Shown here piece after piece: positions 53,010 through 64,000 of a stretch of DNA of 64,000 bases. Position 1 is the stretch's first letter. Every line of letters starts with the position of its first letter. A model generated the notes under the pieces. The model had not been told where the DNA came from, did not search any database, and worked only from the letters and a program-made list of their open reading frames with translations. The DNA is from Takakia lepidozioides (taxonomy: Eukaryota > Plantae > Bryophyta), in the NCBI GenBank assembly GCA_030704615.1, contig CM060732.1, positions 57,970,001 to 58,034,000 on the forward strand. The letters are read 5' to 3'. A program made the translations under genes and the position numbers.

Positions 53010-56000
53010 GACTGTGCATTTGGAAGTTAGAATGTACAAAGGAGGATGTGCAGACAGCGGGCGGCTACAGACGGTAGACACCCCAACCGTGGGCCTAAAC
53101 GGGACACAGCAGTTGTGCAGGCTGGTGCCGGGCCCGCCACTCCTCACACACCAGCCTTCGGCGTGATAATGGTGGGCCCTTCTCTGCCACACAAGGTAAC
53201 CCTAGACGCCAGGGTGGTCAGCCCCCTTGCACTAGGCACATCCGCCAGAGCAATGGTACAGCCAGGGGCAATATTGGTGGTGGGCCCTGTCCCTCCTTTC
53301 AAGACAATCCTAGGAGCAGTAGAAATGGGGCCAAGAGTACTCCTACACCCTCCCTCTCCGGTCACAGCAGCCCTCTTCCACGGAGGAGAGGAAGCATTGC
53401 TAATGGTGAACCCTCCCACTCTACCCAAGGTCACAGCTCTACATGAATGATACCCGACAACCCCAAGCGAGGCACAACAACTCCAAATCAAGGGGTCAGT
53501 GGTCCTTCCCCAATTCGCCTTTCAGGTACACGGCGGCCGCCCACAGAGCTTACCTCTCCACCTGGCTCGCCACCTCCTTCTAGACAGCAGACAGGTTCAC
53601 CTGATCAGACCGCCCGTTCTTTTGCTCCATCTTGTCTCCCACCACCAGCACCACCATCTTCTCCACCAGACCGAGTGCCTTGTCCAGGTTGTGGTCGGAT
53701 GTTTGCCCGTATCAGGGGGCTTGCGCGTCATCGGCACACGTGTTCTACACTCAATCAGTCATCTCCGGACAGTCATTTGCCTACCCCGTTAGTAGCTCCT
53801 TCTGCCCAGGCATGGCTTTGGATTGCGACCCTTGATGTTTTGGGAGCACTTCATTTGGGTTTGCCCCATCCCCGGCTCTATACATGCATCCCAATGGCGC
53901 TTCGCAGAGAGGTACAACATGCTTTTCGCTTACCCTTGGACCACCTTGCTCGGGACCCTTACGACATTGCTGCTTGGCACCTTTTTCTACTTTTTCCTCT
54001 ATGGTGTCTAGTTTTGCCTCCACGTGGTGGTGAATCCGGACATCGAGAGACGCGTGCCCGTCTTCGTAGATTTCTCTCTGGGGACTGGGAAACCCTTCAA
54101 GACGAACATTATCTACGTGCACAAGCACTTGTGGCGCGAATAGCTCACGATAGCCCACACCAGGCAACTCCATCCATCCACATGCGTCTTCGTCGGAGTC
54201 TTATGCTAGGCCGGGCAGGAGAGTATTCCCGTGCAGTTCGAGCTCTTGCTCCTCTTACCCCAGCACCACCTTCGGCTGATACGGTCACAGCTTTGGAGAA
54301 TCTCCACCCCAGTGCGGACGACATCCTTCCTTCCTTTGTGGAGGACTTTGAACCTGATGAGGACCTTCAATTGGATCGCAATACTTTCATACAAGCATTC
54401 ACACGTAGCCCTCATCTTGCAGCAGCCGGTCCGTCTGGTTTAGTGTACGAACACCTCCGTGTCTGTCTCAATCCACATGATTCTACTAGTGGCTTTTCCC
54501 AGCTGTTTTGCGATGGGACATATACCTACCCCAGTAGCACGTTTGCTTGGAGCAGCACGGCTCTTGGCCATGTCCAAGAACACAGGTGGGATTTGTCCTA
54601 TTGCACTGGGGGAGGTTCTGTATCGCTTGGTGAGCCGCTCTATCTGCATCCAGTTTTGGGAGGTCTTTTCTTTCTCACTTTTCTCCACATCAGTTTGGGG
54701 TCGCTACTCCGGGAGGTTATGAAGCGGTGGTGCATGGGATTCGGGCTTCCCTTGACCTTCATCCAGACTGGGTCGTCCTTCAGGTGGATGTGACCAACGC
54801 CTTCAACACGGTGTCCAGATCAGCAATATTTCAAGAACTGCGATCAACCGGCGGCGCATGCCATCAACTCATTCCCTTTGTAAGATTGTTTTATGCTTCC
54901 TCCACCCCTTTGTTTTACAGTCATCACACCCGTACCGGAGATCTTTCTATAATCCAGTCCGAAGTAGGAACCCGTCAGGGTGATCCATTAGGGGGACCTC
55001 TTTTTGCTTTTGCCCACTTCCGAGCCCTTCGCTCATCTGCGCAAGCCTTCCAATCCTGTATATTTCCTTCTATTGCTGATGATACCCACATCATTGGCCC
55101 TTCCACTAATATCCTTTTGGCTTTCCATCACTTTGCTACCCAACTTCACTCTCTTGGGCTCACTATTCAACCTCGCAAATCCACAGTTTGGTCACCCTCT
55201 GGTCTGCCTTCAAATTTCGTGCCCCCTGTCGACTTTCTAGCACCATCTGAGGGTATTCGAGTGTTAGGTGTTCCCTTTGGTAGTACCCCTTACACAACAT
55301 CTTTCCTCCAAGACGCTTTGCTACAAGATACAAGCCATATAGAGCTTCTTCCCAAACTAGGCGATATGTAGATAGCCCATGGCATTCTCACCAAATGTTT
55401 TTTACAGCCTTGGCATCTCGGTTTCCGTGTCAGCAACGCCTTTTTCTCATGGAGGTGGTTGTCCACATCGACAATGACTCTTTGTCCTTCCAGCAACATC
55501 TTCGTTCAGCGCGGGATCTCATTCCAACACCAACACGGGCTTGTCTGCCACCCTTTGAACAGTTGGTCACTCAAGGTCTGGAGCATTTACAGGATACGAT
55601 CATGGAACGCGTGCACCGACACTCATTTGCCAGCATGCTTTCCGACGCTTCTTCAGATGCACATCGGGCCAGACTTCTCTCGTGCACAAGGCCCGGAGCA
55701 GGCGCGTGGCTTACGGTACAACCAACCATTGCACCCTTCCGTATGTCTTCTGCTGTATTTACCACCTCCCTACGAGTTCGACTCGGTCTTCCGCATCCCT
55801 CTGTGTTAGGACTACAACAGTGCGTTTGTCACCATCCTCTCGATTCACTCGGCGTATATCTTCTTCGTTGCCCCTGCGGTGGAGAACGCACTGCGACCCA
55901 TGACGTCGTCCGGGATGCAGCAGTTGCGGTTGCTTGTGATGCTGGGATACATGTCATTCGAGAGCAGGTGCACATACCCCCATCGACCCACAATCACCAT

Positions 56001-56620
56001 TCCACTCGACGACGGGTTTTCATTGTTCTCTCACAGGAGGGACTACGTACACTGGCGGACGTTGTTATCGCTGATCCTACTAGGTCGGATCTCCTGCCCC
56101 GCACAGCCTCATCACAAGGAGTTGCCGCTTCAGTAGCTGCGCAGGGAAAGGAGCATGACTATCGGGCACGTCATTCCACAGACATATTCCTTCCTTTGGC
56201 AGTCGAGATCTTGGGTTGTTTGCATCATCAGTTCAATGAGTTCATTTGCACATGTGCCCATCGTGCAGCAGAAAACAAAAGCCTTGGAAGCCCATACGCC
56301 TCTGTTCTTGTAGCTTTCTTTAGACAACGAGTTTCTGTTGCTTTGCAAAAGGCTCAAGCTCAATCTATTTTACGTCGGGCAGAGGTTGCTGAGGCGGCTT
56401 CATCTCGCCACCCCGCACTCTCTGATCCACCCTCTTTCCTGTTGTCTGACCTTCTTCAGGCTGTAGGTGATACTAGAATAGTTTGATTTCTTTCATTGTG
56501 TTAATATATCTAGTTCTACGAGCTTTGGTTGTTTCCTCTTGGGGACAGTTACACCCATTTGTACAGTCACCCCACTTGGGTCTTTTTATAAAGCTATGCA
56601 GGATTTTCTTTCTTCCTTGC
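53010..56620 (+). mobile_element. CRE-like (RLE-class) non-LTR retrotransposon, near full length and frameshifted
   Basis: N-terminal C2H2 finger CPGCGRMF..GLARHRHTC. RT motifs PIALGEVLYRL, DVTNAFNT, GTRQGDPLG and IADD. C-terminal C.C..D..G...LRC, HDVVRD, ADVVI..K..Y and PLAVE..G. Coding span 53447-56486; element ends approximate. Confidence 0.85.
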
Positions 56621-57561
56621 ATAGATAAGAAGTCATAAATAGTTGTTACATTATCATAAAATATAGGAAGCCGGATTTTGTTGTAGTACAACAAGCCGCA
56701 AACTTAAGGAGATGCAATAGCTACAACCATTATATTCGATCTTCAAGAAGTTCATAGAAATGAGAGAGACTAGGTGGAACAATTGAGAAAATCAGCAAAC
56801 GACATATTTCTATAGATAATATGTGTGGATTCCACATGGAGATGCGTATCTGTATGAAATGGTGGAATAGTATAGTATCCACGACTGACGCCTATGACTT
56901 CAGATGCTGCAATCTAGGTACAACACATGGTCGTTCAAAACATAGCTACGTTATGTCTTTGTGTTGTGGCACGTGTTCTATTTCAAAGGAGGTGGATCAA
57001 TCATATATATGACTGTAATTGATGCTATGTAAGGTAGTTGCAACCTATGGTGGACCACTTATTTATTTATTTATTTGGGAATGAAACACACCATGAGCAG
57101 CAAGATATAGAATTTTTTTTAATAAAATAAAATGGGCTGTTGGATGTGCCCAGTTGAATTGATTTAAAATGTCCATTTTCTATAGAGTTGACAATGTAGA
57201 ATCATTATGAGCGGCGGTTTGAATCGCCAAATGGATGAATGTACATAAGTTTTCTTACAACCTTCCTTCCATAACCCAAAACATATATCTGAAAATCCAT
57301 TGGACTTTGGTCCCCACTTCATTTTTGTAAACATAACATGTTTGGTAAATAAAGTTTACTTATTAAAATGAATTACAATCATAAGGGGACTTTGTGGAAT
57401 CAGCTTACATAATTGTTTTCTGTAATAATTTTCAATGAATGTTCTCATTTTACATTTTTCATTGTTTAAATGCACATTTGATTATTTTTTTTTCTGAATT
57501 AGGATATGAATCATGTATTTAAAAATTCCAAAATAACTCTTTAAATGGACGGAAAAAAAAC

Positions 57562-57562
<1 letters not shown>

Positions 57563-57596
<34 letters not shown>
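57563..57596. repeat. Poly(A) tract
   Basis: A run of more than 30 A residues. Confidence 0.9.
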
Positions 57597-57598
<2 letters not shown>

Positions 57599-58059
57599 TT
57601 AAGCTAGCTGCCGTTTGTTTCTTTGGTTATGAAACTTGAAATAGGGGAAATATATATAGTCGAGCCTCCGTAGCATAATAGTTCAGTCCCTTTTTACTAT
57701 TAGCATTGTCATATCTATAAAAATTATAATTTACACCTACTCGAGGTCCGCAAAAACATTGTTGTGAGAGCATTTTTGGTCCACTGTAGACTGCAACTAC
57801 CTTGTGGATACAACTGATTGACTTTGTTTTCGATGGCCACGTGTTTTCCATGCATTTGTAATACCTGTCAAATTTTGGATGATGTTTTAGATTCATACAT
57901 ATGACTGAAGCTCACCCTATTCGGATACAAGGCGTGGACCACTGATTTGATGGCCACGTGGTCTTTCCTCGGATGCCACGTGCTCGACCCTAACCAAAAT
58001 AAGAAAGATATTTCAAAGTCCTATATATATATACGACTGTTGATGACAGTACTATGTCG

Positions 58060-58225
58060 ACCGGCATGTAGCCCAGTGGTAATGGGCACATACCACGTTG
58101 GATGTGGTTGTGGGTTTCAAACCGCGGTCTAGTGTGTCATGAAGGTGTCCACCTTTCAGCTGGAAGGCAGTAGCCTTTGTACTCAAGTGACACCATAAGT
58201 TACCCTCCCTTGGGGAGGCCTACTT
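58060..58225 (+). mobile_element. tRNA-derived SINE
   Basis: A box TAGCCCAGTGG and B-box-like GGTTTCAAACC, then a shared ~100-bp body and a T-rich end. Confidence 0.8.
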
Positions 58226-58967
58226 TCTTTCTTTATGTGCATGTGGTGTGCCCGTCGTACTTTCTTTCTTTATATGCATGTGGTGTGCCGATCAACACAC
58301 GGTTGAATATTATATGTGCATGTGGTGTTGGTGCGTGATGTCATGTGGCCAATGAAAAGCCGGTTGATACTTAAGTTATACATGTGACTTCCCATCAAAC
58401 TTGAGGGGACACATGTAGTCATGATCATCATAGTGATTGGATGTATGTATGTTACTTGTCGAATGACAAATGGATATGCAAAATGTTTGTATGTCGACTT
58501 CGAAACTCTAGTTGTAGTCATGGACATGACTCCGACATAGGTCAAATGTATCAAGCGTCGAATGTGAATTTTTGGTGTTGTGTACTTCCTATGGTTTAAA
58601 AAAAAACTGTTTAGGAGCAGTATGGATGTATTTCTTTCAATCTACTCAATGCAAAAAATTCCCGTTCTCCTGGATAACTACATTTCTAATGCTCTAAACT
58701 TGTGATTCTTCTCCGGCCTATCCAAACAACAGCTCAAACGCCCAAACAACGACTCAATTTGATGAATTAAATTATTTATAATGCCAGCCCGTTTGATATA
58801 CTCCAATCCGATGTATTAAATTACTCCAAACATTATCCATTCATAACTGGACATGTTTAGACAGATAGTCATTAACATTTTTATTTTTATTTTAATTTTT
58901 TAATTTTTAGGTGAACAGGGGACGGCGGCCCTGCTAGGAACTTTATTAGACACAATAATAATAATAT

Positions 58968-59285
58968 TTGACGCCTCCCGAAAAAAAGCGTAAATTATGG
59001 TGTCTCTTCAATCCGAAGGGTCACTGCCTTCCGCTAGGAAGGTCGACACCTTTGTGACACCAAAGGTGGATTGAACCCACAACCACTTCCGAGGTGGTAT
59101 GTGCCCATTACCGTTGGGCTACAATTTGGTTGTCAATTGAAGTGTAAAGTATGGTGTTTCTTCATTCCGAAGGGCTAATGCCTTTCAACAAGAAGGTGAA
59201 CATTTTTGTGACACGAATCGGAGCGTTGAACCCACAACCACTTCCGAGGTTGGATGTGTCCATTATCATTCGGCTACAACTTGGT
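58968..59285 (-). mobile_element. Two tandem tRNA-derived SINE copies (~58968-59123 and ~59150-59285)
   Basis: Both contain TTGAACCCACAACCACTTCCGAGGT..ATGTG.CCATTA...GGCTACAA (reverse-strand A and B boxes) and the same body as 40061-40235. Confidence 0.75.
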
Positions 59286-59924
59286 TGTCTAGATGTATAT
59301 TTAGTATCTATCATAGAGTTTGTTGATATTTATAATACTAGGGCTACGCGTTTCTCCGCACTACCTATTAGTGAGGACTTCCCATAACAACGTTTTTTCT
59401 TATTGTACAAAAATATTTTCTATGCAAAAAAATTAGGAAAAATATAAAAATATATCATATGTATATGATCTGATGGTACTTTCGTCAGATGTAGGCGATG
59501 TGGGCTCCTCTAGCAGGTCCGTGTCCAATCCTTCCCACCTTGGCTTATTACAGATTCATTATTAAATACTTTAGAATGCGATATCAGATAATGATGAGTA
59601 ATGGAGGTGATGAGGTGGAAGGTTTGATTTTGATAGGTGGTAATATCATCCATGGCCTCTATGGTTTGTGTCACCCCCCTTTAGTGAGTAACTAGTTCTT
59701 TTAGTCCATTTTAAACCTAGCCAAAATTGGATTTAGTCAAAGTTTGAGACCAGGTGTGAGTTATACAAAGTGGAATTACACTTCCCGCCGTATAACCCAG
59801 TGTATCCATAAGTGGAGTTACACTCTCCACTCTGTAATTCTGACTGGAGTTTACACACACTCTCTCTAACCCACTGTCACCTAGATTGAAATTACGTTCT
59901 CTTTGGTTCCATGTCACCCTCATG

Positions 59925-62900
59925 TGTTGCGGCCCTTCGCCTTGAGGGCAGGGGGTCGGGACACAAGAGGGGCTGCCCCTGTGGTGGGGGCAGTGGCAAC
60001 AATAGGTACGGGGGCTGAAGCACCCTTGAGTGCCCAAGGCGCTCAAGGAGGCGGAGGCGCTCACTAGGTGGAGCCCCGCACACCGGGTTGCGGTGGGAGT
60101 GGGTCCACGACGGGAGGTGGTAGCTTAGTGGGTCTTAGTGGGGGTGGCATAGGACTCACCATGGGGTGGAGACCTTGTGGTGGGAGTCATGGGGAGTCTT
60201 GGGACTCATCACGGTCCAATGGGGCCGTGGTGGGTGGGCCAAGACTCATTGCGACTCAACACCGGGAATGGGGGTCTCCGTGGTGGTTCGCCATAAAGGA
60301 TGGTGTTGTTTGTGGAACCCCCGTGGACAGTCACAGAAGTATATATAGGGAGTAGTAACCCCGAGAACGGTGCAAGCCCGTTGGTGACCAAAAACTAGTG
60401 AATGAGCGAGCGAGCCGGAAAGCGACCAAGGAGTGGGGAGCTATTCCGGACTGCTACCAAAGGGAATTTTCCACTAGGCCCAAGTTGGTGGAGGGTCTGT
60501 TGGAAGAGCAAAGGGGACCGTTATGCCCCGGTGGGCAGCCGAAGCTCCGAGTTGGCCCGGCGGCCAGTTGGGGAGTTAGGCACGCGCATCAAAGCGAGTA
60601 ACTATGACTTGAAGGGGAGCTTACCGAAGTGAGGTGCGCGACACTTGGTATCAGAGCTTAGAGTTCAGTACGCGATCGTCCTTGAGATCGGCCTCATCAC
60701 GGGGTCGGGCAAGCCAAAGCGAAAGCGGAACGGCCCGAAAGATGATGATCCTGGTGAGCCTGATGGGGGCGACGTGTCACTGAAGCGGCAATTTGAGGAG
60801 GCGATTCATGCTTTTGAAAGCGAGGCCACTCAAGAACGGGAGGAATCTGGGGAGTCGGAGCCCGAAGACTCGTCGGAGGCTCTGGCAGACCAACAGATGC
60901 CTCCCATGCCAGCAGCCTTTTGGGAAGGGTTATTGGCGCAGTTTGGCGGGTCATTGAAAGATGTGTTGAAGGCGGCTAATGCCACTTCCACTTAGGCAAA
61001 TTAAGATGAAGCCTAAGGAACCCGGCACCTTCGAGGGCGTCCAAAATCGGAAGGTACTCAACACCTGGCTCTTGGAGCTAGAGCAGTACTTCCGGGCGGC
61101 CAAGTTGAGTGACGAGGATCGGGTGGAAGTGGCTCCCACCTATTTGAGGGGCTATGCTCAAAAATGGTGGCAGAAACGCCTTCACGACCGAGGTCCAAAC
61201 CCGGAAACCTTGAGCTGGAGTGGGTTCAAGGAACTTTTGAACAGACAGTTTGTGCCCTCAACGCGTCTTGGCTCGCCCGGGTCAAGATGAGGAATTTGAA
61301 GCACGATGACATTCGGGGATATGTTCAGGCTTTCAATGTGTTGTTGCTCGAAGTCGCTGACATGGCAGAACCAGCAATGGTCTTCAACTTTGTGGCGGGA
61401 TTGGCCCCGTGGGCCAGGCAGAAGTTGGAGGAGAAGCCACCTAAGACTTTGAACGAGGCAATTGAAAGGGCTGAATGTTTCTCGGATGTCCCTAGGGGCG
61501 AAAGACAAGGCCGTACGGAGCTGAACCACAAGAAGACCCGGCGAAAGGGTGACTCCTTCCGACCAGAAAAGAAGTGGGATAGGCCACGCGGCGACAATGG
61601 CACATGGAAATCGAAGGGAATGCCTTCACACGTCAAGGCGGCACCCGGTGCTCCGAAAGGAAAATCAGGTGCGGTGGCTTATGACGGACAGAAGGCGACC
61701 TTCGATGGAGTGTGCTTTAATTGCGGGGAGCCCGGGCACATGGCCAGGAAGTGCACAAAACCCCGACAATTGAACATGACTCGGGCGGCCACGGAGCTGT
61801 CCAAAGATTCCATTAGCTGCTTGGTGGAGGTGGTGGTCGCCAAGACTTGCAAGGTAGGCAACTACTCTTGTGAGTTGTATCAGGAAACTAGCGCCTTGCG
61901 TAAAGGGAGTCAGTTAATGTTTGTGAGTGGGGGTTGCCTTGTAGTGCGGGCTAACGCGGAAGCTACGTGCTTCCGTTCACGTACTATAATCGTGTAGCCT
62001 CGACGAAGTCGTAGTGCGGCTTCGACGTGTTCCCGTACCTCAGGCCAGCATTCCAAGGCAGACCCAATTGTAATGATTGGGGCGCACGGTTGGTTCAAGG
62101 TTATCTTCCTAGTCAAAGAGGGTTCCAGGTGAACCCTTGCTCAAGGTGATGCCAAAAGCGACATCATGAGCGGTCGCAAGCAATGTTGTTGAAGTAAGGC
62201 GATTCGATCCTCGGGGAGGATCGTTCCTTGGCCTTCAAGTAGGCCAAGAAGAGTGCACTGGGAGGAGCTGGAGAGGCTCCACCCTTGGCCGGGACTTGGA
62301 GGAAGTCGGCCGAACTAGCTAGTGGAGAGTAGAGTCAAGTGTGGGGTTTGGTTCTTTGCCATGGGACGCCATGGTACGGAAACAAACTCCTTGATGTGGG
62401 ACGCCACAACTTGGATGTTCGTTTCTACAAAATGGACAAGTCGATGAGGACATCGACTCCCTGTTGGCAAGGGTGTGTGTCGCGCCCCCTTGCCTTGAGA
62501 GCAGGGGGGTCGGGACACATGAGGGGCTGCCCCTGTGGTGGGGGGAGCGGCAGCGATAGGTATGGGGGGTTGAAGCACCCTTGAGTGCCCAAGGCACTCA
62601 AGGAGGCGGAGGCGCTCACTAGGTGGAGCCCCCACACCGGGTTGCGGTGGGGGTGGCTCCACAAGGGGTGGTGGTAGCTTAGAGGGACTTAGTGGGGTGG
62701 CATAGGACTCACCATGGGGCGGAGACCTCATGGTGGGAGTCGTGGGGAGTCTTGGGACTCATCACGGTCCATAGGGGCCGTGGTGAGTGGGCCAAGACTC
62801 ACTGCGACTCATCACCGGGAGTCGAGGGTTTTCGTGGTGGTTCGCCATAAAATGGCATGGCTGGTTGTGAAGCCCCCGCGGACAGCTACAGAAGTATATA

Positions 62901-63201
62901 TAGGGAGTAGTAACCCTGAGAACGGTGCAAGCCCGTTGGTGACCAAAAACTAGTGAGTAAGCGAGCGAGCCGGAAAGTGACCAAAGAGTGGGGAGCTGTT
63001 CCGGACTGCCATCTACCAAAGGGAATTCCACTAGGCCCAAATAGGTGGAGGGTTTAGTGGGGGAGCGAAGGGGGACCGTTATGTCCCGGTGAGCAGCCGA
63101 AGCTCCAAGTTGGCCCGGCGGCCAGGTTGGGAGTCAGGCGCACGCATCAAACCGAGTAACTATGACTTGAAGGGGAGTTTACCGAAGTGAGGTGCGCAAC
63201 A
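59925..63201 (+). mobile_element. Ty3/gypsy-type LTR element with gag only (TR-GAG-like or internally deleted)
   Basis: LTRs TG..CA at 59925-60643 and 62478-63201, PBS TGGTATCAGAGC at 60646-57. Frameshifted gag with PKEPGTFEG..WLLELEQYF, F..GL.PW and the knuckle CFNCGEPGHMARKC. No RT, RNase H or integrase motifs in the 1.8-kb interior. Confidence 0.88.
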
Positions 63202-64000
63202 CTATGGCAGCCAACCTTCAAGGCCCAAACCCTGCCTGCCTGATGTGCAACTATGGTTACAATGAAACTATGGAGCATGTTTTGCTCACATGCCAACTTC
63301 CTGCTAGGATTTGGACTATAGTGGCAGGCTTCTATTCCCATTGGCAGGCCCTCCCACCCCTATCAGCTCCTCTCATGTTGCTTAATTTACATAGAAGCGC
63401 TGCTTGGAACAGATGCCCGATCTGGGTCTGTTTTAGAGCACATACGCTATGGGCAACATGGAAGGCCAGATGTGTTTTGATCTTTGAGGGAAAACGCCCC
63501 AGCATCAGACTGATCCTCTGCAAAATTTATTCAGATCTAATGACTGAGAGGTGTAAGGCTTGGGTGTCCTTGCAAACAGCCATCAGCAGGTGCAGTGAAG
63601 GCAGGAGCCAGCAGCTGCTTGCGGATTTCGACACCACCTGGGCCAAAGACGACATCCTCTGCTCCAGAATCGATGACTCTCGAATTACATGGCACGACCT
63701 CATCCCCGTTTCTTGGCAAGTCACCGGCTGAATCGGACGCACCAGACATCAATTGGAAGCACAGCAAGACCCACAGTTCTAAATCTAAAGTGCATCTAGA
63801 TTTTGGTCGTTGATAGTCTCTTTGTTTTCATGACATGTTATACTGTTAACCTTCCCCTAGGATTGGTAGCATACTACAGCCCTCTACCCCTTCTTTTGGT
63901 TCCTTTCAAGACTTGGGGCTCCTTCATCATCCTGGAGCTCCTTCTTTTGGCTCATCTCAAGACTTTGGGCTTTTTCATCATCATCACTCAGGCACCATAA
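63202..64000 (+). mobile_element. L1/Tx1-type LINE 3' end (zf-RVT) and probable UTR
   Basis: CLMC..ETMEHVLLTC..IW...LWATWKARC..IFEG, stop at 63731. Confidence 0.8.

Noticed and set aside
58060-58135. Functional tRNA gene
   Set aside because: No convincing cloverleaf or acceptor stem. The head is always attached to the same non-tRNA body in diverged copies, as expected for a SINE.

Overview
This is a repeat-rich eukaryotic window, probably from a non-seed land plant (inferred from gene and transposon content). It holds three intact-looking spliced genes: the 3' end of a RAD16-like SNF2 helicase (1-1990, +), a WEB1/PMI2-family coiled-coil gene (10051-13541, -) and a 10-exon plastid-type 13-lipoxygenase (45224-49886, +). 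Most of the rest is nested transposon sequence whose ends can be read directly. A 6.2-kb CACTA-terminated element with a CTT TSD splits an L1-type LINE and carries scrambled host fragments. Those fragments show an OSB-type PDF ssDNA-binding motif running into a PLS-class PPR start, plus two PPR-derived tandem arrays. A chromovirus LTR element (CCAAA TSD) has an inverted pol block and a nested RNase H + RLE retroelement (13-bp TSD). That insert, together with an APE-RT fragment at 5.5-8.7 kb, looks Dualen/RandI-like. Also present: TTAA-flanked piggyBac-like elements, Tc1/pogo and hAT MITEs, a tRNA-derived SINE family, a CRE-like RLE retroelement, a gag-only LTR element, and F-box and sugar-transporter relics. 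The best novelty candidates are the PDF-PPR fusion relic in a Pack-CACTA element, and the Dualen-like and piggyBac-like elements in a plant. Family assignments come from motif recognition by eye, not database searches.
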